Shown in pieces: positions 26,257 to 37,061 of a DNA stretch of 64,000 nucleotides. Numbering within the stretch: the stretch's first letter is position 1; each line of letters begins with the position of its first letter. The notes beneath the pieces are model-generated. The model did not search any database, was not told where the DNA came from, and saw nothing but the letters and a program-made list of their open reading frames with translations. Both the position numbers and the translations under genes were made by a program. The stretch comes from an uncultured virus (IMG/VR IMGVR_UViG_3300018056_000001) (taxonomy: Duplodnaviria; Heunggongvirae; Uroviricota; Caudoviricetes): IMG/VR virus record IMGVR_UViG_3300018056_000001, one strand, 5' to 3'.

Positions 26257-28662
26257 CTAGCCCGGTGGCGGGCTGCCAATCCCGGCCGACGTCCCGGCTG
26301 GCCGAGACCGCTCGGGTGGGGGAATCCCAACGACCTCACTGAGAATCGATCCGAGCCCAGAGAGCCTGATGACGTCAGCCACAGCCATTCCAGGGACGGG
26401 ACTGGTGAGCGCACGAACGACACGCTGGGTGTTGGCTGTCGAGTACGCCGCCCAGCGGAGTAGCTCTGAACTTCGTGGCCCATGTAGGAGACGTCGCGTC
26501 AGTGACCACTTCCAAGGGAGGAATCCTCCTCCAGGTGGAGGAGCCCCCAAGCGACTCGCGGAAAGTGCGTCACGCTCAGTCGCGATCTTTCCGGCTTCTA
26601 CTCGATGCGTCTGCCTCAACATCTCCTGTCCTTGTAGGCCGCGTTCGGCAGTCTGGGCGACCAGATCCTGCCCCCGTTGCTCCGCAGCCTTGTAGGCACG
26701 ATCGATATCGAGGAGATTCTGCTTGATCGCACTCCCGGTCTGGTCGCCGTACACGACGCCAGCGAAGTCTGGATCCAGCTTGTTGAAATAGTCTTCGATC
26801 CCCCCGAGCTTGACCTTCTTCATGATCTTGTCGTGCGTCCAAGCCGCACGGATGCTGTCCCAAGCAGCCTGCCCTTCGGCTGCACCCCCACCCGCCGCGC
26901 CTTGTGTGACTAGGAGATCGCGGAGGAGCCGTGCCTTCTCGGGAAAGCGTGGTGAGAGTTGGTGGACTGCGACACCGGGATCGTCGATCGCAGCCTTTCG
27001 GAGCTTCGGAGCAAGCCCTTGGGTATAGAGGGGCGCGATCGCATTATAGGCAGCCGTCGCTTGATCGTAGGGCGCATGACCCCGTAACGACTCTCGAAGT
27101 ACACTCCGCAGCTTCATGGTCATCCCGGTTACTCGGTCGTGTACACCCTTATCCCAAGCTCCACGTGTCTTGAGTGCCTGATCCAGCTCCATCTTGAACC
27201 CATGAGTAGCAGCGAAGGGCACCGTATCCTCGGCGTTGAGAATTCGACCTAGCACCCCGAGCGCGGGATGCTTCATTGTCGCTTGGACCTGCTCCTCTTC
27301 TGCCTGAGCCATCGCCGCCTTGAGGGCGTCGGCCTGTGGTCCATGTGGAAGATTTTGTATGTTGATCCCTGCCGTCCCTGGAACGTCTCCCGGAGGCTTG
27401 CTCGGGAATGCCATCTGGGAGGGGCGGATCTCCTCACCGAAGATACGTCGAGCTTCATCCTTGAGTGCCTTGATATCGACATCAGGACCGGTCTTGGCCG
27501 CGTCCTCGACCATCTGCCCAACCTCATCACGCGCGGTTTGGGCGGGACCTTTCACCACGGCTTTTGCCTGCTGCCCGGCGGCAGAGGGTGAAGGTAGCGC
27601 GACGATCCCAGGATCGTGACCTGCTCGCGCGTAGCGGGCTTCAATACGTGAGGTCCCCGCCTCAGCCGCCTGACTCGCGAAGCGCTTCGATTGACGGAGG
27701 GCCGTCTGGGCGGTCGCGAGCGTATCCGCAAACTGTGTATTTATTGCACGGCGAGCGCGCGTCAGACTCTCCGATGCCTGTCGTCCGACAGAGCTAGAGA
27801 TAAGCCGTCGCCCAAGGGCTTTGAATGGCCACATGAATACCTGCCCACCCATCTCATACATGCCCTGCTCGGTCGCGGCTTCGCCCATACGGCCCACGAG
27901 TGAAGGACTAGCCCCCTCGGGTGGGGGTGTACCCACAAGGCTCTCCCAGACTTCCTGAGCGCCTCCGCCGGTCATCGCTCCGAGGACAGCCGCGGTCCCA
28001 AGGCCAAGCCCAGCTGGGACGCCTACGGCCGTGGCAGCAGGGATCGCCAAAGCCGCGCCGGCCGCGCCCATCAGATTTCGCCGGCCCGTGCGCTCGCGTG
28101 GGTCGACCGCACCCAGGACAGATGCTCCGATATCAGCAGCCGTCTCGCCCCAGGTTGGAGGCTCACGGAACTTCTCGGTTGTCGCGGTCTCATACTTGGA
28201 TGGACGAGGACCAGTGGGAGGAGGAGTCCCGACGTTCACAGGGACTATCCCAAGGGCCTGACCTTGAGCGGTTGGAGCCTTCAGCCCACCGAGGACACGC
28301 TGGACATACTGCTGAGTCTCTGGCGGAGGCTGACCACCCTGATCGACGTTCGCTGGCCCCCAGTTGTACGCCTGCAGAGCCTTCCCCACGTCCCCTTGGT
28401 ACTTATCGAGCTGTTGACGGAAGTAGCGAACGCCTCCGCGAATGTTCTGGACGGGATCATCCGGATCAACGCCCATCTCTTTCGCTGTGTCAGGCATGAG
28501 CTGGAAGAGACCACGCGCACCCTTCGGGGAGATCGCGGTAGGGTTGAAATTCGATTCTGCCCGCGAGATCTCGATCGCGAGCTGCGGCGGGACTTTAGCC
28601 TGCTTCGCTTCGAAGCGAATAATATCTTCCCACGACGCGGGGCGCTGATCCTGTGGAGGCAT
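26257..28662 (-). CDS. Internal virion/ejection protein with N-terminal lytic transglycosylase (SLT)
   Basis: AESNFNP.A.S.KGA.GLFQLMP, AYNWGP, ETQQYV; last gene of virion operon. Confidence 0.8.
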   Translation of the reverse strand: MPPQDQRPASWEDIIRFEAKQAKVPPQLAIEISRAESNFNPTAISPKGARGLFQLMPDTAKEMGVDPDDPVQNIRGGVRYFRQQLDKYQGDVGKALQAYNWGPANVDQGGQPPPETQQYVQRVLGGLKAPTAQGQALGIVPVNVGTPPPTGPRPSKYETATTEKFREPPTWGETAADIGASVLGAVDPRERTGRRNLMGAAGAALAIPAATAVGVPAGLGLGTAAVLGAMTGGGAQEVWESLVGTPPPEGASPSLVGRMGEAATEQGMYEMGGQVFMWPFKALGRRLISSSVGRQASESLTRARRAINTQFADTLATAQTALRQSKRFASQAAEAGTSRIEARYARAGHDPGIVALPSPSAAGQQAKAVVKGPAQTARDEVGQMVEDAAKTGPDVDIKALKDEARRIFGEEIRPSQMAFPSKPPGDVPGTAGINIQNLPHGPQADALKAAMAQAEEEQVQATMKHPALGVLGRILNAEDTVPFAATHGFKMELDQALKTRGAWDKGVHDRVTGMTMKLRSVLRESLRGHAPYDQATAAYNAIAPLYTQGLAPKLRKAAIDDPGVAVHQLSPRFPEKARLLRDLLVTQGAAGGGAAEGQAAWDSIRAAWTHDKIMKKVKLGGIEDYFNKLDPDFAGVVYGDQTGSAIKQNLLDIDRAYKAAEQRGQDLVAQTAERGLQGQEMLRQTHRVEAGKIATERDALSASRLGAPPPGGGFLPWKWSLTRRLLHGPRSSELLRWAAYSTANTQRVVRALTSPVPGMAVADVIRLSGLGSILSEVVGIPPPERSRPAGTSAGIGSPPPG

Positions 28663-30243
28663 CTACTGCACCGGTTGCCCATTCAGGAAGAGGTTCCCGT
28701 CCTTGTCAACCGTATAGCCGACTGGTCCTGTACCCCCTGGTCCCTTGGCGGACGGAGACACAGAGGCACCAGGGGGCGGTTGACCAATCTGTGGGGACAT
28801 TGGGATGCTCTCGCGTGCCTTGTCGAGGAGCTGATGGACAACACCCATACGAGCCCGCGCGGTCGCGAGGGTATCGCCCCCGAAGATCGTCGGCGTCAGG
28901 TTTGCCAAGGCCGATCGCGCGAGTTCGATATCGCGATCCGACAGCCGTGATCCCGGCTGGCCGGCGAGTTGGGCCATCTGAGCGAGTGAGGAGTTGATCG
29001 AGGCATCGAGCGCAGCGAGATCTTCATCGCGCGAGAGACGCTGGATCCCGAGCGAGAAAGCGGATTGGATCGCCCCACGGATCCCTGGTTGCACGTTCGG
29101 GAAGACTTTCGGGATCAACTCGTCGATATTGGCGATCAACGTATCGACCTGCCCAATCGCGTACGCGCGATCCTTCTGCTGATCAGTCAGCCCCACACGG
29201 TTCTGCAGCTCTCCAAGCGTCGTCGTTGGGGAGACGTTAAACTCCTTCGCCATCGTCCCGCCAATCGGCGATGCGAGTTCGGTTCGAATCTTCGCTTCAC
29301 CTGTCCCTACCCCTCGACGAAAAGATGTCTGTTGTGCCCTATCAAGCTGCGAGGCTCGCGCAGTGGCCATCTGTGATCGAGTGAGTCGGGCAGCCGGGAC
29401 CCCAAACATTTCCCGTGCAATCGCTTCAAGATCGGACCCAAGCGAGACCGATCCGGTCGTTGTACGGGGGCGAAAGCCTTGCAGCGGTTCGCCCGTATTC
29501 GGATCATGATAGGCACCAGTCTGGCGATTGAAGACCCCAAAAGCGGATTGGCCATTTGGTAACTCGCCCGCGATCGATTGATACCCCCCTGCTCCGCCTC
29601 GCGCCTGCCGCTCGTACTTCTCCGCGATCAACGCTCGCGCCCTCTGCTCAGCTTCTGGTCCTCCGCCGAGCGCCGTGACGAGCCCAGCGACCTCTCCCTC
29701 AACATCTCCTTGTGCCTTCCCACGTGCTGTCTGGGCGGCGGTCTCCTCAGTAGTCGGAAAGAGACGACGCGGACCAAAGGTCGGGGGCTTGCCCACATTC
29801 CCCGGCATCTCTTGATAAGCGATCTTCGCAGGCGGAGGAGCGCCGGGCTCGGTCAGCGAATGGGCGGGAGTACCCATCGATCCTTCAAGTGTCGGAGCCT
29901 GTCCCGGCACGACCTGCTGAATCTGCCGACTCGGGAGTGTCGGAGCTTCACCAGGAGAAGTCTGCACAGGCGTCTTGATCAGCTCCTGCAGAGAGGCAAA
30001 GGTCGGGGACGTCTGCATCTCCCCCAGCCAGCCACGGATCCCACCCTTCTTCTTGCGCGGTCCTGCTGACTCCAGCATCCCCGCGGTTGCCATCGCCTGT
30101 ACTTCAGGATCCGATGATCCGAGGAGGGCTTGGAAGACTCGCGACTCCCGATCGGCCGTCAGCTCCGCCTCGCGGATGTTCTGTGCCTCGACGTCATACT
30201 TGCGGCCAGAGAAGCCGCCGAGCATTCCCTCTAGCCAGCCCAC
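28663..30243 (-). CDS. Putative ejection protein
   Basis: 526 aa, A/G/Q-rich helical; position in podovirus-like ejection cluster. Confidence 0.55.
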   Translation of the reverse strand: MGWLEGMLGGFSGRKYDVEAQNIREAELTADRESRVFQALLGSSDPEVQAMATAGMLESAGPRKKKGGIRGWLGEMQTSPTFASLQELIKTPVQTSPGEAPTLPSRQIQQVVPGQAPTLEGSMGTPAHSLTEPGAPPPAKIAYQEMPGNVGKPPTFGPRRLFPTTEETAAQTARGKAQGDVEGEVAGLVTALGGGPEAEQRARALIAEKYERQARGGAGGYQSIAGELPNGQSAFGVFNRQTGAYHDPNTGEPLQGFRPRTTTGSVSLGSDLEAIAREMFGVPAARLTRSQMATARASQLDRAQQTSFRRGVGTGEAKIRTELASPIGGTMAKEFNVSPTTTLGELQNRVGLTDQQKDRAYAIGQVDTLIANIDELIPKVFPNVQPGIRGAIQSAFSLGIQRLSRDEDLAALDASINSSLAQMAQLAGQPGSRLSDRDIELARSALANLTPTIFGGDTLATARARMGVVHQLLDKARESIPMSPQIGQPPPGASVSPSAKGPGGTGPVGYTVDKDGNLFLNGQPVQ

Positions 30244-30244
30244 C

Positions 30245-30955
30245 TTAGCCTCCTAGATTTGGTGCCCCAAACATCGGTTGACGACCACCCAGGATCGGTT
30301 TACTTGGGAGTACACCCTTTCCTCCCGCGACCTTCTCTCCAATCTTGCCCGAGAGCACATCGAACAGCATCGAGCCAATTGCTGAGCCAGTCTTCTCGCC
30401 CTCCTCACGCCCATATCGCCGATTTTGCGCCCCCTGTCCGAGCAGGTTGGCATAGAGGCCCCCAGCCTGCCCAATCATCGGAGCGCCCTGACTGATCTGC
30501 CCGGCGCCAATATCGGTGAGGGCTCCCGCAGCCGCCGGCTGCACCCCTGTCGTCAGGCCCGCGATCTGGCCGGCTTGTTGGCGGTTGAGTTCGGCCGAGG
30601 CAACGTCACGCTGCGCGCCTCGCACACCCGATCTTTCCAGTCCACGCTCCGCGCCCCGATAAATATCAGTGATAGCCCCACGGGGGGCGGCGGTCGCTTG
30701 GGCCATCTGCGCGCGATTCCCGCCAAGGAGTCGACTCCAGTAATTGGTTGGTTGCTCAAGTGTTGCACGCCCCTCACCAACCAACTCCCCGCCTTGCTGA
30801 CGGAGCTGCCCGGCAGCTTGCTGTTCGCCAGTTAGTCCGACCTGCTCCTCAGGTCCGCGCTTCATCGCGGAGGACTGCGCCTTCTTGCTCGCGATCATGC
30901 CAGCGAGCGCCGAGCCACCTTTGATGATCCAGGGCAATGCTGCCATGAAGCCCAT
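30245..30955 (-). CDS. Putative DNA-transfer/pilot protein
   Basis: Hydrophobic G/A-rich N-terminus then Q/A/G-rich region, P22 gp7-like organisation. Confidence 0.55.
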   Translation of the reverse strand: MGFMAALPWIIKGGSALAGMIASKKAQSSAMKRGPEEQVGLTGEQQAAGQLRQQGGELVGEGRATLEQPTNYWSRLLGGNRAQMAQATAAPRGAITDIYRGAERGLERSGVRGAQRDVASAELNRQQAGQIAGLTTGVQPAAAGALTDIGAGQISQGAPMIGQAGGLYANLLGQGAQNRRYGREEGEKTGSAIGSMLFDVLSGKIGEKVAGGKGVLPSKPILGGRQPMFGAPNLGG

Positions 30956-30959
30956 CGAG

Positions 30960-31376
30960 CTACTCCTTCTTCTCTGGGATTTCGAGCGCGTAGGGAATCT
31001 GTTCGAGCTTATAAAAGCCAAGATGCTTCATTAGCGCACCATTCGCTCTCGCGACCTCGGGCTCGACATGCCCGAAGACGAGCCCTACGCCTGCCTCCTG
31101 CAGGAAGGTAATCAACTGGGCGAACATCGGTCGGAAGACACTCGCCCGAGCACGATGCGCTTCGTGGATCCACAAGGGGTCGATATGAATCGCGTCGTGC
31201 ATCCCCCAGAAGCCGATGATCTGGCCTTCGACCTCCGCGACCACGATCGCCCAATGCTTCGGCTGATTGGGGAGCCCCTGTGTTGCAAACGGTTCAAACG
31301 CCCGCAGCCGCTCCCATTCCTCAGCAGGAAGCAGCCGAATCGTCGGGGGCGTGCGATCTTGATCCACAGGTGCCAT
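30960..31376 (-). CDS. GNAT-like protein
   Basis: VAEVEGQIIG, LWIHEAHR, KHLGF; usual position before ejection genes. Confidence 0.6.
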   Translation of the reverse strand: MAPVDQDRTPPTIRLLPAEEWERLRAFEPFATQGLPNQPKHWAIVVAEVEGQIIGFWGMHDAIHIDPLWIHEAHRARASVFRPMFAQLITFLQEAGVGLVFGHVEPEVARANGALMKHLGFYKLEQIPYALEIPEKKE

Positions 31377-31383
31377 GATACGC

Positions 31384-32094
31384 CTAGTCGGGGGTGCCAG
31401 GATCGGCCACATAGTCAGCCGGCCCCACCGGATGCATCTGCGTTTGCATCGCGGCGGCGAAATTGTCGAAACCCACAAACACATCGTAGGCGCGGAGGAT
31501 CCCGTCGACCTGCACGGTGAGCTTGTCCTTCGAGATCAGGCCCGAGGGATTGCGCTGGCGACCAGCCGTGAAGCTCGCCTGCTGCAGATGCCAGATCATG
31601 CGCTTCAAGAGCTGTTCGGCATTTGCCTGTCGGTCGGCGAGGTTCCCGGTCGGGGCCTTGAGTAAGGGGAACTCGTTGCCTGTGCCACAGACGATCTTCC
31701 CTGCCTCGAACGCCGACAAGGGGACGACACCTCCTGGATGACCAGTAGCCGGCGCCGCCGCGCACCCAGCCGCACCCTGCCCTCCATCATTGACATCGTC
31801 AGGGGGGATCCCCCCCGGCGGGACGAGTGCCGAGCCCGGCTGCTGCGCGAGGGCGAACGCATCCTTGGCCTTATCGCTCGCTTCCAGTGCTGTGGTGTTG
31901 ACCTCATTGACTCCCGACCCGAGTTTCGTGACGTTGGCTTCGGCCGCTTTCAGCCGGCCTTCGAGATCGTGGACTCGATCCCACAACAGACGAAGGGTCT
32001 GGTTCGTCGCCCAGTCCTTCACCTCGTCGAGGTGCGGGTAGATCCGCGTGAAGGTCTCTGGTTCGCCGAGGGTGACGAGATCCCCATTACTCAT
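31384..32094 (-). CDS. Hypothetical virion-associated protein
   Basis: Coiled-coil N-terminus; coupled to tail gene. Confidence 0.5.
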   Translation of the reverse strand: MSNGDLVTLGEPETFTRIYPHLDEVKDWATNQTLRLLWDRVHDLEGRLKAAEANVTKLGSGVNEVNTTALEASDKAKDAFALAQQPGSALVPPGGIPPDDVNDGGQGAAGCAAAPATGHPGGVVPLSAFEAGKIVCGTGNEFPLLKAPTGNLADRQANAEQLLKRMIWHLQQASFTAGRQRNPSGLISKDKLTVQVDGILRAYDVFVGFDNFAAAMQTQMHPVGPADYVADPGTPD

Positions 32095-35000
32095 GCTGCA
32101 TCATCCCCGAGCGATCCCCCAGGAGCCTGCGCCGCCAGCACCGCATGCTTCATCGGGCGAGTCGGATCAAGGTCATCATCGCCGAACGGTTGGACTGGCG
32201 CGAGATCGTTCGATCCCCAAGGCTGGACCATCACGACCGTTTCCTCTCTGTAGAGCCAGAAGTCAGAAGGGCTCGTCAGGAGGTACTTCGCGAGCACGCC
32301 TTTCCCGGCTTCGAAGGAAACAAAGGTGCGGCGCTTGATCCCACTGGTGTGCGGGATCACATACGTCTTCGTCGTCGATCCCCCAGTCTGATTATGGTGG
32401 AGGGTGATCGTCAGTGTGACGTCTTGGGTCGATTTGAGCGTGACGTGCCCCCAGAGGATCTGGAACCAGCCTGGGAGCCCGTGGTTCGTCTCCTGCGTCT
32501 CCCAGCGCGTGAGCTTGAAGGGCTCTTCGTCGAAGATCGGCTGGGCGGAATAGAGACGGCCGGGATTGTTGTCGACCGGGAACATTCGAAAAACCCGTCC
32601 GAGACGCTGCTGAGACAATGCTCGCTGCACCACCGATCGACCTGTCGCGACGACTGCAATCGTTTCGACCGTCACGCCATCGACATCGATCCCCACGTTC
32701 TTCGTCGCGCCGAAGGTGTCGCACTCGAAGACGACAGCCTTCAGATACTTATCCGCACGAGTCCCCAGAATCGAAAAGTTCTGATTCCAGTTGGCCTGCT
32801 CTGAGGGCTCGGGATCTAGGTGCCAGCGATGAGAGTAGAGCAGCCCCGGATTGTCATCGAGCGCGCGAAAACGGTAAACATGGGCTCGCCCCCATGGGAG
32901 TGTCAGATGGACGACCTTGCGGCCGTCGGCCACACAGGGATAGAACGCGAGCCCCGTCGCAGGGTTGTTCAGGACAACCCCATCCGCGGTGACCTCGATC
33001 TGTTTCTCAGCCCCCGAGGTATCGCAGTAGAGATCGAGCCCGGTGTGGTACTGATCCCACGCGTTCTCGAAGAAGACGTCCCACTTTGAGATCCGAGGAG
33101 GTTCCTCTTTCCAGATCCAGTCAGCTCTGTAGAGGATCCAGAATTTGCAGTCATCATTAGGACGAACCCGCACTTGGTGCGCCGGGACCCCTTCCCAACT
33201 AAATTTGATCTTGTGTCGACCTGAGCAATTGACGCTGAGAGTGGCGACAATCGATCGGGTTCCATTGAAGTCACGCTCGATGAGGATGGTTCTGGTCACC
33301 CCTTGGGTATCACAATCGAAGGTCACGCCCATGAACCAGAACTCGTCGGCTGAGCCGAGATCGTCCCAATTGGTCACTCGGTTGACGGTGATATCAGGCT
33401 GGAGCGTAGCCGCGAAGCCTAGACGGTAGAGAACAGGGGCGGCAGTACCAGAGGACCAGGAGATCTCAGTTGAGATCGAATGGGCACGCTGGGGGACCTC
33501 ACCGAAGCTGTCGAGGATGTAACGCTCACGTCCTGTGCCAGAGGTAATTGTCTGGGGCAAATTGGCAACGACTTCCTCATTCAGGTAGTTCGTCAGGGTC
33601 AGGGTCGTCCCTTGACGGTCAGCATCAAGGATCTGATCCCCAAGGAGCTTTTCTTCTCGCTTGTCGGCATCCACAGCACCCGTGCGGAGGACACAGGCGA
33701 TCAATCCTCCCGCGTCGGAGAAGCCCTCATGGGTATAGCTCGCGCCAAGGTTTAGGCTGCCAGTGATCAGGGTATCTTCGTCCTCGCCTTGGTACCCATC
33801 AGGAGCACGCACGAATTTGTAGTGACGCCAGAACTTGTTGAGGATCGAATAGACGAGGGTCTGACGCTCACCGTTTGTGTCCTGGTAGCCAAAGTAGAGT
33901 TTGCTCTCCCAGATCGTCATCCGGAGCGCGGAGGCGGCAGCGAAGTCGATCGGCAGCAGGCCGTAACGAGACTTCCCCTTGAAGATCGGATCGAGATCCT
34001 CTGAGAGCCAATCCTCAGGACCACCCACTGTCTGGAAGATGCCATCCTGCGCGACGAAGTAGATTCCTCCCGCGCCGACTGCGAAGGCCCAATAGGCCCC
34101 CCGCGCGAGTCCGCGCTTGCACTGGCTCGGCGTAGCAGTCACCCCGACTCCCCCGGTGAGGTTGGGGTAGAGCATGTGCAGACGTTCGGTCGAGAGGACG
34201 AAGGCTTGATGCCCAATCAATCCGCCGTTCATCAGCTCCTCGCCGGGCGAACAGACCTCGACGTTCCCCGAGGCGGACCAGTGATCGGGCTGATCGGGAA
34301 TGCAGAAGTAGAGATGGCCGGGGCGATAGGGATCCCCGCAACCCATCAGCATCCCTTCGACTGGTCCCCACAATGCACGGAGTGGCTGGGCGAGGACGGT
34401 CACGCCAGCATCATTAACGGTGGGGACAGGCTGAAAGTGATCGATCGGCAGGGTCCCAGCCGCCACGATCTCGTCATCGTTGAGTCGATCGACAAAAGTC
34501 CCACCGTCAGCACTATTGGTGCCCTCGAAGTGCCAATCATCGATGAGACTTCCACCTCTCCTGTAGAAGCGCTGACGGACCGCCCCATCTCCAAACGCAG
34601 CAGGCGTGACGTTGATCTGTTGCCGGCGAGAATCGAGGAAATTCGCCGTCGCCATTGTGTCCGAGCCATTCGACTCAGCCCCAGTCCTAGGATCGTAGTG
34701 TGTGTAACGCCAATCGAGCGGCTGAGCGCCCGGCTCGACGGTGTCGGGACCGTAGCCACCGGTCAGATAAAAATCATCCATCGCGAAGGCGACAATGCGA
34801 GCGCTGTCAGTGATGTTCGTGCGGACATAGACGACAAGTCCGGTGACGGTCGACCAATCTCGTCCTGTCGCGGTGCCAATGCGTTGGAAGTCGCCCCGCC
34901 GCAGGCTAATCCCAATGGAGCCCAGCTCGAACCACTGTTGCCCCCCTGTGCCGATCTGTGGGGAGATTGAACGATTCGGATCGCGATTGGCGCGCAGATT

Positions 35001-36083
35001 CGCCCAGCTCGCGCGTTCGTCATCGATCTTCCGATCCTGGAGATCCTGATCACGCAGGGCGAAGATGCGAGCCGTCTCGGCCGCCTCGATACTGGTCTGT
35101 GTCGCTTGGATGAATTGAACAAAGTCGTTCTGCCGAAAGCTCTTCACATAGGCGTCGGAGTTAGCATTGGTCCCCGATACGTCTGTTCCAGGCAGGACTG
35201 CAGGATTGAAGACGGTCGACACCACAATGTACGCGCGCAGCTCCTGGATTAGCTGCGGGTGCGACGTCTTCATCCAAATATGCACGACGTCGTCATCTGA
35301 GGCGGTAATATCTCCCGGAGGACCAGAGACCGGCGATAGGGTGTTCAGGTTACGCGTGAGCGCAATCCCCCACCACGAATCGTAAGCGGAGAGGATCGCA
35401 CCGTCATCGGTGGTGAAGTAGACCGCATTCCCCGCAACCGGACCCGCGACGTCTGCGGCAATCCCTGGATCCGAAGCATTCCCTTCCGTATCCTTGCCTG
35501 CCGTCGCGGTCCAATTAGCAGCCTGTGTCGAGTCCTCGGTACTGAACTCAGCAATCGTCCGACGGTACTCGATCCCTAAGGCGGCGACTGCCGCTGCAGC
35601 AGGTTTGGGAAGACCAATCGGGAGATCGAGTCCATCAGCTCTGACCTTCCGCATCCGACTGGAGTCCCCAACGAACATCCAAGGATCACCCGAGAGTGGA
35701 GGACGGTGAGGAACAAGGGCGAGAGGATTGCCAGAGTAGCCTGTATCGATCACTCCCAGGGCACCCGATGCGCCAATTCTGAGATCGGTATCCGTACCCC
35801 AGACCCTATTAGTCACGCCGGTCTGGGGGTCGCGGAACTTCCGGACGGAATGATGTTTGGTTCCACCCGTTGCGAACGTTGTTTGTCCAAGGCGGGAGGT
35901 AATCGCCCCATTCGCATCGTGATCGACGTTCGTCATGCGCGCGAGCTGATCGGGTGGGATGACATCGAGTTCCTGCTTCAGGTTGAGACCACGGATCCCG
36001 AGCCTGAAGAGGGCATTCTCCATCGGCCCTGTAAACCGGGAAGCAGTGACAGCATCGCCGCGGCGGGATTGCTGTTCAGGCAC
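32091..36083 (-). CDS. Large tail tube/nozzle (DNA-stabilisation-like) protein
   Basis: 1330 aa beta-rich; GLN N-terminus, LYFC.PDQPDHW; position after adaptors. Confidence 0.65.
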   Translation of the reverse strand: MPEQQSRRGDAVTASRFTGPMENALFRLGIRGLNLKQELDVIPPDQLARMTNVDHDANGAITSRLGQTTFATGGTKHHSVRKFRDPQTGVTNRVWGTDTDLRIGASGALGVIDTGYSGNPLALVPHRPPLSGDPWMFVGDSSRMRKVRADGLDLPIGLPKPAAAAVAALGIEYRRTIAEFSTEDSTQAANWTATAGKDTEGNASDPGIAADVAGPVAGNAVYFTTDDGAILSAYDSWWGIALTRNLNTLSPVSGPPGDITASDDDVVHIWMKTSHPQLIQELRAYIVVSTVFNPAVLPGTDVSGTNANSDAYVKSFRQNDFVQFIQATQTSIEAAETARIFALRDQDLQDRKIDDERASWANLRANRDPNRSISPQIGTGGQQWFELGSIGISLRRGDFQRIGTATGRDWSTVTGLVVYVRTNITDSARIVAFAMDDFYLTGGYGPDTVEPGAQPLDWRYTHYDPRTGAESNGSDTMATANFLDSRRQQINVTPAAFGDGAVRQRFYRRGGSLIDDWHFEGTNSADGGTFVDRLNDDEIVAAGTLPIDHFQPVPTVNDAGVTVLAQPLRALWGPVEGMLMGCGDPYRPGHLYFCIPDQPDHWSASGNVEVCSPGEELMNGGLIGHQAFVLSTERLHMLYPNLTGGVGVTATPSQCKRGLARGAYWAFAVGAGGIYFVAQDGIFQTVGGPEDWLSEDLDPIFKGKSRYGLLPIDFAAASALRMTIWESKLYFGYQDTNGERQTLVYSILNKFWRHYKFVRAPDGYQGEDEDTLITGSLNLGASYTHEGFSDAGGLIACVLRTGAVDADKREEKLLGDQILDADRQGTTLTLTNYLNEEVVANLPQTITSGTGRERYILDSFGEVPQRAHSISTEISWSSGTAAPVLYRLGFAATLQPDITVNRVTNWDDLGSADEFWFMGVTFDCDTQGVTRTILIERDFNGTRSIVATLSVNCSGRHKIKFSWEGVPAHQVRVRPNDDCKFWILYRADWIWKEEPPRISKWDVFFENAWDQYHTGLDLYCDTSGAEKQIEVTADGVVLNNPATGLAFYPCVADGRKVVHLTLPWGRAHVYRFRALDDNPGLLYSHRWHLDPEPSEQANWNQNFSILGTRADKYLKAVVFECDTFGATKNVGIDVDGVTVETIAVVATGRSVVQRALSQQRLGRVFRMFPVDNNPGRLYSAQPIFDEEPFKLTRWETQETNHGLPGWFQILWGHVTLKSTQDVTLTITLHHNQTGGSTTKTYVIPHTSGIKRRTFVSFEAGKGVLAKYLLTSPSDFWLYREETVVMVQPWGSNDLAPVQPFGDDDLDPTRPMKHAVLAAQAPGGSLGDDAA

Positions 36084-36432
36084 GAATCCGCTCCACTACA
36101 AGGCGATGCGTGATCCGACGATCTGTCCACCGCGAGGGAAAGTCAGGGTCGTAGACTAATCGACCATTCGTGTACACAACGACGTGTGCGGACGTCTTCC
36201 ATCGTAGGCTGTCACCACAGACGATGTGCGTTCCTCGGCTTGGTACACGAGAGCAGGAGCGCCACCGTACGCGATAGCCCTGTCTCCTGAAAAAACACTT
36301 GAGTCGCTGACACCAACCCTTCCGCGGATAAACAAAGTACGGTACACGCTCAGGGTGGCAGTTCAATAGGTACGCGACACAGTCGGTGAGACAACCTTGC
36401 GTATGACGAAGTCGCGTAAAATCGCGTGCCAC
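36076..36432 (-). CDS. Small papain-fold/C39-like protein
   Basis: GCLTDCVAYLL...HVVVY...VYDP. Confidence 0.45.
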   Translation of the reverse strand: MARDFTRLRHTQGCLTDCVAYLLNCHPERVPYFVYPRKGWCQRLKCFFRRQGYRVRWRSCSRVPSRGTHIVCGDSLRWKTSAHVVVYTNGRLVYDPDFPSRWTDRRITHRLVVERIRA

Positions 36433-37061
36433 TAGCTCCAGCCCTCCAAGAGAATCGAGACAATCGCCTCAGTGAGTTCGAATCGCTCTTGGCAGTAGGC
36501 CGCGCGAGCGGGATCGGCGCCCCGTCCGACCTTCCCCAACAAATCAGCGAGAGTGCCATAGCGCACCCCATCCAAGAACTCATCAGGGATCGAGAGCGTC
36601 ACGCCATTCCCATTCGCGGCAGTCGGGAGCGCGATATACAAGAGTTCAAGCGTGCCAGCGGCGGCAGGGATAGGGGCGAGACGAATCGTCAGGGTGCCCT
36701 CGTCTCCATCGAGGAATACTATGGGCACGCCAGCAACCGTCTCCCACGTCGGGACGATGAGATCAACCTCGAAGGCATCACAGGGCGTAAGTGGAGACCT
36801 CACCCCTCCAGCCGTGCGCCAGTCACAGAAGAGTGTCGCAACCCAGTCTACAGGCAGGGCAGTTGGATTCTCGGCGATCCCGACCGCAATCTCTATTCTC
36901 GTGACAATCAGGTGTGTGTCGCGTAGGAGCTGACGCTGTCGCGTGTTGAAGGCATGAATTACCTCATCGCGAGTCCACAGGCCCGAGGGAAAGCTCGCGC
37001 CCCCGTCTGGGGACTCGACTAGGGCATATTGGATCATCGTCAGGACCTCCTGATCGGTCAT
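36432..37061 (-). CDS. Head-tail adaptor-like protein
   Basis: WTRDEV..FN, IRLAP.P, LLYIALP pattern. Confidence 0.6.
   Translation of the reverse strand: MTDQEVLTMIQYALVESPDGGASFPSGLWTRDEVIHAFNTRQRQLLRDTHLIVTRIEIAVGIAENPTALPVDWVATLFCDWRTAGGVRSPLTPCDAFEVDLIVPTWETVAGVPIVFLDGDEGTLTIRLAPIPAAAGTLELLYIALPTAANGNGVTLSIPDEFLDGVRYGTLADLLGKVGRGADPARAAYCQERFELTEAIVSILLEGWS

Noticed and set aside
26017..26463. 148-aa ORF after polA
   Set aside because: The first half may be a real small Cys-rich gene, but it overlaps the opposite-strand SLT gene by ~200 nt, so it was not called.
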